From NCBI GenBank assembly GCA_016284635.1, contig JAEEPF010000001.1:10041-74040 (forward strand): DNA of 64,000 nucleotides, read 5' to 3'. The notes beneath the pieces were generated by a model, which ran no database searches, was not told the origin of the DNA, and was given only the letters and a program-made list of their open reading frames with translations. Position 1 is the first letter of the stretch, and each line of letters begins with the position of its first letter. Source of the DNA: Prevotella sp. (GTDB lineage: Bacteria > Bacteroidota > Bacteroidia > Bacteroidales > Bacteroidaceae). Position numbers and translations under genes: made by a program. This document shows positions 17,478 to 29,777 of this stretch, piece by piece.

Positions 17478-19673
17478 ATGGAAAAGAACATCTTTGCTAA
17501 GCTCATAGCCAACGCCTTACAGCTTCAGGAGAAGGCCGTTGCCAACACGTTGTCACTCCTGGAAGAAGGCTGCACCATCCCCTTTATCTCTCGTTATAGG
17601 AAAGAACGGACGGGAGGTCTCGATGAGGTGCAGATAGCCGCCATCAGCGACCGTTTCGACAAACTCAAAGAGATAGAGAAACGTAAGGAGACGGTCGTCA
17701 AGACCATCACCGACCTCGAAAAGATGACCCCAGAGCTGCAGCAGCGCATCGAAGCCTGCTGGGATGCAACGGAACTGGAAGACATCTATCTGCCGTACAG
17801 ACCCAAACGAAGGACGAGAGCCCAGGTAGCTCGTGAACAGGGGCTTGAACCTCTGGCCAAGATCCTCCTGCTTCAAAGGGAACGGGATCCTGAGCGCACT
17901 GCCGCCCAACAATTGTCTACTCTCCATTCTTCATTATCCATCGACGAAGCCCTCAAGGGTGCACAGGATATCATCGCTGAGACCGTCAGCGAGGATGAGC
18001 GCAGTCGTCAGCAACTCAGAAACGCTTTCTCCCGTCAGGCTTTCATCATCTCGAAGGTTGTCAAGGCTAAAGCCGATACTGACGAGGCTGCAAAATACAG
18101 CGATTACTTCGACTGGGAGGAACCTCTGAAACGCTGTTCATCCCATCGTCTGCTGGCTATGCGTCGTGGTGAGGCCGAAGGCATCCTCCGCATCAGCATC
18201 ACGCCAGACGACGAGGAAGCCGTCGAACGGCTGAAACGCCATTATGTCTATGGCAACACACCATGTGGCAAATTGGTGGCAGAAGCTATCGACGATGGTT
18301 ATAAGCGTCTGCTCAAGCCTGCTATCGAGACTGAGTTTGCAGCCCTCAGCAAGGAGAAAGCCGATGAAGAAGCTATTCGCGTCTTTGCAGAGAACCTCCG
18401 CCAGCTGTTGTTGGGTGCGCCTCTTGGCCAGAAACGGGTGATGGGTGTCGATCCCGGTTTCCGCACAGGTTGTAAGGTGGTGTGCCTTGATGCCCAGGGG
18501 AATCTGCTCCACCACGAAGCCATCTTCCCCCACCCTCCCATGAACAAACGGATGGAGGCAGCCATGAGCATCCTGAAGATGATTCAGAAATACCAGATTG
18601 AAGCCATCTCTATCGGCAACGGCACCGCCAGTCGTGAAACCAACGATTTCATCCGTGATGTGCTGGCTGGCCGCTACGACATCCCTACAACTGGAAAGGC
18701 CGGTAATTCTGGACAATCTAATAATACCGTTCCTCAGGTTTTTGTCGTCAGCGAAGACGGTGCTTCCGTCTACTCTGCCTCGAAGATTGCCCGTGAGGAA
18801 TTCCCTGATGAGGATGTGACCGTTCGTGGTGCCGTATCCATAGGGCGTCGCCTAATGGATCCCCTCGCCGAACTCGTCAAGATCGATCCTAAAAGTATCG
18901 GCGTCGGACAGTACCAGCACGATGTGGATCAGACGAAACTCAAGCACTCGTTGGATCAGACCGTCGAGAGTTGTGTGAACAGCGTAGGCGTCAACCTCAA
19001 TACCGCCTCGCAGCATCTGCTGATGTATGTCAGCGGTCTCGGCCCTACCCTTGCTAAGAACATCGTGGACTACCGTCGTGAGAACGGTGCCTTCACCTCC
19101 CGTGCCCAATTGAAGAAAGTGCCTCGTCTGGGACCTTCCGCCTTCCAACAATGTGCAGGCTTCCTCCGCATCCCTGGTGCCAAGAACCCGCTCGACAACT
19201 CTGCTGTCCATCCGGAGAGCTATACCATCGTAGAGCAGATGGCAAAGGATCAAGGTTGTACCGTAGCAGACCTTATTAATAATAAGGAGAAGCGTGAGGC
19301 CATCAATATCAAACAATATGTGACCGCCGAAGTGGGTATCCCTACCCTTACCGATATCATGAAGGAATTGGAGAAGCCTGGCCGTGATCCTCGCGAGCAG
19401 TTAGAGGAATTCGAGTTCGACAAGAACGTTGCTTCCATTGACGATCTCAAAGAGGGAATGATTCTGCCCGGCATCGTCACCAATATCACCAACTTCGGAG
19501 CTTTCGTGGATATCGGTGTCCATCAGGACGGTCTGGTTCATATCTCCCAGATGGCTAATCGTCGTATCGCCCATCCGCTTGATGTGGTTAAACTCCACCA
19601 GCACGTCAAAGTACGAGTCATCGAGGTTGACCTTCGCCGTAAGCGCATCTCCCTATCAATGAAAGGGATATAA
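17478..19673 (+). CDS. tex: Tex family RNA-binding transcriptional accessory protein (start revised to 17478)
   Basis: TIPFISRYRKERTGGLDE, GVDPGFRTGCK, IGNGTASRET, DPKSIGVGQYQHD, HhH repeats, C-terminal S1 domain. Confidence 0.95.
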   Translation: MEKNIFAKLIANALQLQEKAVANTLSLLEEGCTIPFISRYRKERTGGLDEVQIAAISDRFDKLKEIEKRKETVVKTITDLEKMTPELQQRIEACWDATELEDIYLPYRPKRRTRAQVAREQGLEPLAKILLLQRERDPERTAAQQLSTLHSSLSIDEALKGAQDIIAETVSEDERSRQQLRNAFSRQAFIISKVVKAKADTDEAAKYSDYFDWEEPLKRCSSHRLLAMRRGEAEGILRISITPDDEEAVERLKRHYVYGNTPCGKLVAEAIDDGYKRLLKPAIETEFAALSKEKADEEAIRVFAENLRQLLLGAPLGQKRVMGVDPGFRTGCKVVCLDAQGNLLHHEAIFPHPPMNKRMEAAMSILKMIQKYQIEAISIGNGTASRETNDFIRDVLAGRYDIPTTGKAGNSGQSNNTVPQVFVVSEDGASVYSASKIAREEFPDEDVTVRGAVSIGRRLMDPLAELVKIDPKSIGVGQYQHDVDQTKLKHSLDQTVESCVNSVGVNLNTASQHLLMYVSGLGPTLAKNIVDYRRENGAFTSRAQLKKVPRLGPSAFQQCAGFLRIPGAKNPLDNSAVHPESYTIVEQMAKDQGCTVADLINNKEKREAINIKQYVTAEVGIPTLTDIMKELEKPGRDPREQLEEFEFDKNVASIDDLKEGMILPGIVTNITNFGAFVDIGVHQDGLVHISQMANRRIAHPLDVVKLHQHVKVRVIEVDLRRKRISLSMKGI

Positions 19674-19686
19674 AGAGTAATTGTTA

Positions 19687-19782
19687 TTATCAAGAATTTG
19701 AGAATTAGAGAATTGTCGCTTTGCTAAAGGCTCTTGCTTCAGGACAAAGCAGATAATTCTCTAATTCTCAAATTCTTGATAA
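19687..19782. repeat. Perfect 28-bp inverted repeat made of 8-mer units between convergent genes (possible bidirectional terminator)
   Basis: ttatcaagaatttgagaattagagaatt (19687-19714) / aattctctaattctcaaattcttgataa (19755-19782). Confidence 0.85.
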
Positions 19783-19795
19783 ACAAAAAGATTTC

Positions 19796-20338
19796 TTAGA
19801 CCTGCTGGATAATCTTGGCTCCTTCTTTGAGGGCCTCCATATTCAGGGGGATGAGGTCGTGATGGCGCTCTGGCAAAGTCTTCTTGAGAGCTTTCTCCAC
19901 ACCCTTGTCGTGCACCACAGGAGCAACCTTCAGCAGACCACCAAGAACAATCATATTGAACACCTTGCCGTTCTTCATCTCGGCGGCCTTATCCATTGCG
20001 TTGATCTCATAGATGGTGATATCCTTACGAGTGGGCTTGTTGATGATACCAAATCCATCGTAGATGAGGATACCTCCGGGCTTGATCTTCGGCTCGAACT
20101 TCTCCAGTGAAGGCTGGTTCAGCACCACAGCGATATCATACTTGCTGAGAATGGGCGAAGAGATACGCTCGTCGCTGACGATGACCGTCACGTTGGCAGT
20201 ACCACCACGCTGCTCAGGACCGTAGGCAGGCATCCATGTAACTTCTTTATCCTCCATCAGTCCACTATAGGCCAGAATCTTACCCATCGAGAGCACACCC
20301 TGACCTCCGAAACCACTGATAATTATTTCCTTTTTCAT
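19796..20338 (-). CDS. 2-oxoacid:acceptor oxidoreductase gamma subunit
   Basis: ISGFGGQGVLSMG, YGPEQRGG, NMIVLG motifs. Confidence 0.92.
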   Translation of the reverse strand: MKKEIIISGFGGQGVLSMGKILAYSGLMEDKEVTWMPAYGPEQRGGTANVTVIVSDERISSPILSKYDIAVVLNQPSLEKFEPKIKPGGILIYDGFGIINKPTRKDITIYEINAMDKAAEMKNGKVFNMIVLGGLLKVAPVVHDKGVEKALKKTLPERHHDLIPLNMEALKEGAKIIQQV

Positions 20339-20368
20339 AATTTTCAATTATCAATTATCCATTATCAA

Positions 20369-21139
20369 TTAAAGACTCGTAGTGTCCTTGAGGTCTCCTT
20401 TGGGATAGAAGGGGAACATGTTCTCCTTCATCCATTCGTTAGCCTTAGCGGGAGTGAGTTTCCAACCGCTGTTACAAGTAGAAACGAACTCCACGAGACT
20501 CGAGCCCTTGCCAGCCATCGAAGCCTCGAAAGCCTTACGGAGAGCCTTCTTCGCCTTGTTGATGGAAGCCACGTTCTCTACACTCTGACGAGTGACGTAG
20601 CAGGTACCCTCCAAACCAGCAGCGATATCAGCCATCTTCAGGGGATAGCCGTGCAACTGAGGATCACGACCATAAGGACAAGTAGAGGTCTTCTGGCCAA
20701 TCAGCGTCGTGGGCGCCATCTGACCACCCGTCATACCATAGATGGCATTGTTGACGAAGATAATCACGATGTTCTCACCACGATTCAGAGCGTGGATGGT
20801 TTCGCAAGTACCGATACAAGCCAGGTCACCATCACCCTGATAGGTGAACACCAGACGGTCAGGCCAGCAGCGCTTGATACCCGTAGCCAGTGCGGGAGCA
20901 CGACCGTGGGCAGCCTCCTGCCAGTCGATATCTATATAATTGTACGCGAAGACGGCACAGCCTACAGGCGATACACCTACGGCCTTGTCTTCCATACCCA
21001 TTTCCTCGATGACCTCGGCAATGAGCTTATGCACCACACCGTGACTACAACCCGGACAGTAGTGCATATTGTTGTCGTTCATCAGCGTCGGCTTCTTGCA
21101 GACGATGTTTTCCGGTTGAACTATTTGATTTCTATCCAT
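20369..21139 (-). CDS. 2-oxoacid:ferredoxin oxidoreductase beta (TPP-binding) subunit
   Basis: YCPGCSHG, PVGC, HGRA, GDGDL...NNAIYGMTGGQ. Confidence 0.92.
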   Translation of the reverse strand: MDRNQIVQPENIVCKKPTLMNDNNMHYCPGCSHGVVHKLIAEVIEEMGMEDKAVGVSPVGCAVFAYNYIDIDWQEAAHGRAPALATGIKRCWPDRLVFTYQGDGDLACIGTCETIHALNRGENIVIIFVNNAIYGMTGGQMAPTTLIGQKTSTCPYGRDPQLHGYPLKMADIAAGLEGTCYVTRQSVENVASINKAKKALRKAFEASMAGKGSSLVEFVSTCNSGWKLTPAKANEWMKENMFPFYPKGDLKDTTSL

Positions 21140-21143
21140 AACC

Positions 21144-22226
21144 TTACATGACCTTCTTTAAAGCTTCAACAATCTCCTCGGGATCGGGGACGATACCTCC
21201 CAGACGACCGAACTGCTCTACAGGCACAGCACCATTCACAGCCAAGCGAACATCCTGTACCATCTGTCCGGCATTGATCTCGGCCACGAGGATACCTTTC
21301 ACTTTCTTCGACAACTCAGCAATCTGCTTCTCAGGGAACGGGAACAGCGTGATAGGACGGAACAAGCCGACCTTGATACCCTGCTCACGGGCAATCTCCA
21401 CAGATTTCTCTGCAATACGGGCAGCAGAACCAAAGGCGACGATGGCATACTCGGCATCGTCCATCAGCTGCTCTTCGTAACGCACCTCATTCTCCTGAAT
21501 CTTAGCATATTTCTCCTGGAGGGCGATGTTACGCTGCTCCATAATCTCAGGCTTCAGTTCGAGTGAAGTGATGACCACCCGCTCACGGTTCTTCGGCTTA
21601 CCTGTGGAAGCCCAAGGACACTGCTTGATCACCTCCTCGTCCGTACGACGGGGTTTGAAAGGCGGCAGAACGATCTTCTCCATCATCTGACCGATGACAC
21701 CGTCAGAAAGAATCATAGCGGGGTTACGATATTTAAATGCCAACTCAAAAGCGAGGTCCACAAAGTCTGCCATCTCCTGAACGGAAGACGGAGCAAGCAC
21801 AATCACCTTGTAGTCACCATTACCACCACCACGGGTAGCCTGGAAATAGTCACCCTGTGAAGGCTGGATGGTACCCAGACCAGGACCACCACGCTGAACG
21901 TTCACAAACACGCCCGGCACCTCTGCACCAGCCATGTAGGTGATACCCTCCTGCATCAGAGCAATGCCAGGAGAACTGGAAGAGGTCATAGCACGCTTAC
22001 CAGCTCCGGCAGCGCCATAGACCATGTAAATCGACGCCAGCTCACTCTCTGCCTGCACCACCTGCATACCGGTGGTCTCCCAAGGCTTCTGTTCTGCCAA
22101 CGTCTCGATGACTTCACTCTGCGGAGTAATAGGATAGCCGAAATAGCCGTCGCATCCGCAACGAATAGCAGCATGGGCGATGGCCTCATTGCCTTTCATC
22201 AACACAACTTCTCTTTCTTCTGCCAT
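21144..22226 (-). CDS. 2-oxoacid:ferredoxin oxidoreductase alpha subunit (VorB-like)
   Basis: GNEAIA, GYPITPQSE, QAESE, SSSPG, QRGGPGLG motifs. Confidence 0.92.
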   Translation of the reverse strand: MAEEREVVLMKGNEAIAHAAIRCGCDGYFGYPITPQSEVIETLAEQKPWETTGMQVVQAESELASIYMVYGAAGAGKRAMTSSSSPGIALMQEGITYMAGAEVPGVFVNVQRGGPGLGTIQPSQGDYFQATRGGGNGDYKVIVLAPSSVQEMADFVDLAFELAFKYRNPAMILSDGVIGQMMEKIVLPPFKPRRTDEEVIKQCPWASTGKPKNRERVVITSLELKPEIMEQRNIALQEKYAKIQENEVRYEEQLMDDAEYAIVAFGSAARIAEKSVEIAREQGIKVGLFRPITLFPFPEKQIAELSKKVKGILVAEINAGQMVQDVRLAVNGAVPVEQFGRLGGIVPDPEEIVEALKKVM

Positions 22227-22229
22227 AAC

Positions 22230-22460
22230 TTATTCCTCCACTTTTTTACGGTACACGGTGATACAGCCATCGGGGCAGACAATACCACACGAGGCACAAC
22301 CTACACAGGCTTCCTCGTTGACTGCTTCCACGTAGGGATAACCGTGCAGGTTCACTTTCTTGGCCAAAGCGATGACCTTCTGGGGGCAGGCAATGATGCA
22401 CAACTGGCATCCCTTGCACCTCTCAGTATTCACCTCAATAGCACCTTTTAACTTTGCCAT
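22230..22460 (-). CDS. 2x[4Fe-4S] ferredoxin-like delta subunit
   Basis: CKGCQLCIIACP and CVGCASCGIVCP; -7 box TACCTTTG at about 22500. Confidence 0.92.
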   Translation of the reverse strand: MAKLKGAIEVNTERCKGCQLCIIACPQKVIALAKKVNLHGYPYVEAVNEEACVGCASCGIVCPDGCITVYRKKVEE

Positions 22461-22596
22461 ATTATCCTGTTTAATGCATTAAATTTCGAATTCGGGCTGC
22501 AAAGGTACGACTAATTAGGCGAATAACCAAAAAGAAACGCCTCTTTTTTGCAAAAAGGCATCTCTTTCTATCAAAAAGTGCATATTTATTTATCAA

Positions 22597-25732
<3,136 letters not shown>

Positions 25733-25857
25733 ATAATCCGCTAATATCCAAATATTTTCGCAAGATGAAACATTTTGGAAACAAAAAGAAACATCAATGC
25801 ACTCAAATTCCCAGATTTTTGTTTATCTTTGCAGCAGATTATCAAATAACAGACAAT

Positions 25858-27849
25858 ATGACAATGAAAAGATTCTTTTTCTCAACCGTCCTCCTGCTTT
25901 TGGCAGGATGGAGTGTCGCTGCCACAACTGATGAAGACGGCAGCCGATTGTGGTTACGCCTCGACGCTGTCAACACTAATGCCATTACGGGTGTGAAGTG
26001 TACGGCTATGACCGAGTTGCAAACCTACTGGCAGGGTGGTCCTGTAGTACTCAAGCGTCAGAAGGGCCTTACCAAAGACGGCTACACCATCAAGAGCCAG
26101 AATGGGAAGACCGTGATTGCCGCTGCCAACGACGCAGGCCTGCTATATGGTGCCTATCACCTGCTGCGCCTGCAACAGACGGGACAGCCCACCGCATCAC
26201 TCGACATCAGTGAGCAGCCTTTCTACGACCTGCGCATCCTGAACCACTGGGACAATCCCAACGGCACCGTAGAACGCGGCTTTGCAGGAAAAAGCATCTT
26301 CCTGAATCCAGATCCTGCACGTATGAAGATGTACGCCCGTGCCAATGCCTCTGTGGGTATCAACGGAACCGTACTCAACAACGTGAATGCCAAGCCTGAG
26401 GCACTCTCGACCGAGAGTCTGCAAAAGGCCAAGGGCATCGCCGACCAACTGCGCCCCTACGGCATCCGCGTCTATCTCTCCATCAACTTCGCCTCACCCA
26501 TCAAGATTGGTGGACTGAAAACTGCAGACCCACTCGATGCCGACGTTATCAACTGGTGGAAAGAGAAGGTGAACGAGATCTATCGTCTCATCCCTGACTT
26601 CGGCGGTTTCCTCGTGAAGGCCAACTCCGAAGGAGAGCCTGGCCCTCAGGACTTCGGACGCTCACATGCTGACGGTGCCAATATGCTGGCTGGTGTGCTC
26701 AAGCCCCACAAGGGTATTGTGATGTGGCGCGCTTTCGTGTATAATCCCCAGAGCAGCGATCGTGCCAATCAGGCCTGTGAGGAGTTTATGCCACTCGACG
26801 GTCAGTTCGCCGACAATGTCATCATCCAGATTAAGAACGGTCCCATCGACTTCCAGCCCCGCGAGCCCTATAGCCCGTTGTTCACTGCCATGCAGAAGAC
26901 TCCGATGATGGTGGAGTTCCAGATTACCCAGGAGTATCTTGGTGCCGCCAACCACCTGGTCTATCTCGCCCCTATGTGGCAGGAATTCTTCTCGTTTGTG
27001 AAGCCCGCCAGCCTGAAGGCAATGGCAGGTGTGGCCAATATCGGTGATGATACCAACTGGTGCGGCCACCATTTTGCCCAATCCAACTGGTATGCCTTCG
27101 GACGCCTGGCCTGGAATCCCTCGCTGACATCAAAGGAGATTGCAGCAGAATGGCTCACCCAAACCTTCGGCGAACAAGGTAATCTCTCACCTCTTACCTC
27201 TCACCTCTCACCTCTTCTCCAGCTTATGCTCGACAGCCGTGAGGCCTGCGTCAACTACATGATGCCCTTGGGTATCCATCATATCTTTGCCGGCACCCAC
27301 CACTACGGCCCAGAGCCTTGGTATGCTCCCAAGGGCGTGCGTGCCGACTGGACACCGCCCTACTACCACAAAGCCGACAGCATCGGACTGGGCTTCGACC
27401 GCACCCTGAAGGGTTCTGCCAATGTCAAGCAGTATCCCGATGAACTCTGCCGTCTTTACAACGACATCAATACCTGTCCTGAGAATCTGCTGACCTGGTT
27501 CCACCACGTGCCTTGGGACTTCCGCATGAAGAGTGGTCGTACCTTCTGGGACGAGCTGTGCCATAAATACGACGAAGGTGTCCATCAAGCCCGTCATTTC
27601 CTCGCCGTCTGGGATGCCATGCAGCCATACGTCGATTCACAGCGTTTCAGTGAGGTGCAGCGCAAACTTCGCATCCAGGCCCGCGACTCGGAATGGTGGC
27701 GCGATGCCTGTCTGCTCTATTTCCAGACGTTCTCAAAGCGTCCTATCCCACAGGATATGGAGCATCCCGTCCACAACCTCGACGAGATGATGAAGTTCCG
27801 CATTCCCATCAGCATGTACCAAAATCCTGAGTGCGGATATACGAAGTAA
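25858..27849 (+). CDS. aguA: GH67 alpha-glucuronidase (start revised to 25858/25864)
   Basis: EDGSRLWL, RILNHWDN..GTVERGFAG, LNNVNA, PDFGGFLVKANSEG.PGP, KNGPIDFQPREP, EFQITQEYLG. Confidence 0.93.
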   Translation: MTMKRFFFSTVLLLLAGWSVAATTDEDGSRLWLRLDAVNTNAITGVKCTAMTELQTYWQGGPVVLKRQKGLTKDGYTIKSQNGKTVIAAANDAGLLYGAYHLLRLQQTGQPTASLDISEQPFYDLRILNHWDNPNGTVERGFAGKSIFLNPDPARMKMYARANASVGINGTVLNNVNAKPEALSTESLQKAKGIADQLRPYGIRVYLSINFASPIKIGGLKTADPLDADVINWWKEKVNEIYRLIPDFGGFLVKANSEGEPGPQDFGRSHADGANMLAGVLKPHKGIVMWRAFVYNPQSSDRANQACEEFMPLDGQFADNVIIQIKNGPIDFQPREPYSPLFTAMQKTPMMVEFQITQEYLGAANHLVYLAPMWQEFFSFVKPASLKAMAGVANIGDDTNWCGHHFAQSNWYAFGRLAWNPSLTSKEIAAEWLTQTFGEQGNLSPLTSHLSPLLQLMLDSREACVNYMMPLGIHHIFAGTHHYGPEPWYAPKGVRADWTPPYYHKADSIGLGFDRTLKGSANVKQYPDELCRLYNDINTCPENLLTWFHHVPWDFRMKSGRTFWDELCHKYDEGVHQARHFLAVWDAMQPYVDSQRFSEVQRKLRIQARDSEWWRDACLLYFQTFSKRPIPQDMEHPVHNLDEMMKFRIPISMYQNPECGYTK

Positions 27850-27859
27850 CACAGGAGGT

Positions 27860-29641
27860 TCAGTAACAGACCTCGATATCACCATAGCCCATGCGTGTTC
27901 CGTTGGCGAGGCGGTCAGCCTCAAAGCGGAGCACGCGTATTTTTGTTGGGGCAAAACGGATAGTCTGCCAGATGGGATTATTCACGATGTTCGAGAACTC
28001 TCCCGAGGCGAGTTTCGTCCAGTCGCTCCAGTTGGTGGAGCCCCAAAGGGTGTAATGGGTGATAGTGCCGTCTTGTCCGTTTTGTGGCGGCAGATAGCGG
28101 AAGGCAGAGATTTCCTGCTCCGTATCCCAATCGATGAACATCTGCATACGTGAGCCGAAGAAGATGTGCAGGGCTGATGATTTCTTCTCACCGCTGTCTG
28201 GGATGTCGGCCGTCAGTTCTGGGGCGAGATAGACGCCCAGACGCTTGATGACTGGCTCGCACTTGGCATCCGTAACCTTGAAACGAAGTCTGGTAGCCGT
28301 AACGGTTGGGAAGCAGATAATACGGCGATGGCCGATGGTGGTCAGTCCGTCGCCCTCCTCTACGAGTGCATCCTTGAGCGGTTGCCATTGTCCATCGACC
28401 TCTGCCTCCAATGAGAACTTCTTCACCCTTTGTCCTTGCGCGATGTCCTCCTCTGCCAAAAAGCGGTTGAAAGACGTGGGCTGTTTAAAATTGAGAGTGT
28501 AGAATTTAGAGTTTGCTGCCGCCGTTCCGCTTGATTCTGGTAGCGCGGTAGCAAACTCTAAACTATCCACTCTAAACTCTACACTGCCATTGACGAACAC
28601 CTCATCAATCATCTTCTTAAAGGCGATACCTCGCAGGCTGTCGTTGAGATGAATACGGCCATTGGGAGCGATGGGGAAGTTCAGCAACAGCGTGGAGTTG
28701 CGCCCTACCGATTTATAATAGGTATCCATCAACTTCGATAGACTCTTCACGTGTTCGTTCTCTGCATCGTGGTAGAACCAGCCCGGACGGATGCTCGTGT
28801 TCGTCTCGCCAGGACACCACACATCGCCATCCTCCACACCATAGTGCAGCATCTGATAAGGCGTATCACCCTTACTCGGCATCAGACTCCAGTTAGTCTC
28901 ACCAATGTTTCCCGCCTCGGTGCCTACCCAGCGCAGATCACCACGATCACCGCCGTCGTTCCAGATGACGGCTCTCGGCTGAAGTTCACGTATCATACGG
29001 AACGTCTCGGCCCATCCATAATAGGTCTTGCCGTCAATGCGGCGCGTCTCGTTAGCACCGCCATACCAGCCGTCGCCACCATTGGCACCATCGAACCACA
29101 CCTCAAAAATGTCCCCATAGTTGGTCAGCAGTTCGCGCAGCTGGTTACGGAAATAGGTGACATACGCCGGACGGCCGTACTCCGGATGGTTTCTGTCCCA
29201 AGGCGAGAGATAGACGGCAAACGCCAAACCCTCCTCACGACAAGCCTCAGCCAGTTCGCGCACCACATCGCCTTTGCCGTCTTTCCAAGGAGAATTCTTC
29301 ACCGAATATTCCGTATAGGCCGAGGGCCACATGCAGAAACCGCAATGATGCTTGGCGGTGAAGATAATCCCCTTCATACCAGCCTGTTTGCAGACTCTTG
29401 CCCATTGCCGACAGTCGAGATCCGAGGGATTGAACAACTTCGGATCCTCATTGCCGAAGCCCCACTCCTGATCGGTATACGTGTTCAGCGAATAATGGAT
29501 AAACGCATACATCTCCATATCCTGCCATCGCAACTGATTGGCATTAGGAGTCGGCCCACAAGGATTTACCGTCGCATTCTGTGCCGTCGCCGTCATCACC
29601 GTCCACAGCACCATCATCATCACCATCAGTCTTTTCATCAT
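27860..29641 (-). CDS. GH29 alpha-L-fucosidase with C-terminal F5/8-like domains
   Basis: FIHYSLNTY.DQEWG, TAKHH.GFC.WPS, YLSPWDRN, EVWFDGANGG, SIRPGWFYH, SVGRN. Confidence 0.9.
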   Translation of the reverse strand: MMKRLMVMMMVLWTVMTATAQNATVNPCGPTPNANQLRWQDMEMYAFIHYSLNTYTDQEWGFGNEDPKLFNPSDLDCRQWARVCKQAGMKGIIFTAKHHCGFCMWPSAYTEYSVKNSPWKDGKGDVVRELAEACREEGLAFAVYLSPWDRNHPEYGRPAYVTYFRNQLRELLTNYGDIFEVWFDGANGGDGWYGGANETRRIDGKTYYGWAETFRMIRELQPRAVIWNDGGDRGDLRWVGTEAGNIGETNWSLMPSKGDTPYQMLHYGVEDGDVWCPGETNTSIRPGWFYHDAENEHVKSLSKLMDTYYKSVGRNSTLLLNFPIAPNGRIHLNDSLRGIAFKKMIDEVFVNGSVEFRVDSLEFATALPESSGTAAANSKFYTLNFKQPTSFNRFLAEEDIAQGQRVKKFSLEAEVDGQWQPLKDALVEEGDGLTTIGHRRIICFPTVTATRLRFKVTDAKCEPVIKRLGVYLAPELTADIPDSGEKKSSALHIFFGSRMQMFIDWDTEQEISAFRYLPPQNGQDGTITHYTLWGSTNWSDWTKLASGEFSNIVNNPIWQTIRFAPTKIRVLRFEADRLANGTRMGYGDIEVCY

Positions 29642-29669
29642 CTTCCGATTTTTGCCACAAAGTTAAGCA
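29607..29669 (-). repeat. 63-bp promoter+UTR+signal-peptide-start unit, copy B
   Basis: 56/63 identical to 25670-25732. Confidence 0.85.
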
Positions 29670-29777
29670 TTTTCTTGCAAATACACAAATTTATATAAAA
29701 AAACAGGCCAACTTGCCTCCCTTTGGATTAAATGATGTAAATTTGCAAAGAATAATGAATATCATTCACATCAGATT

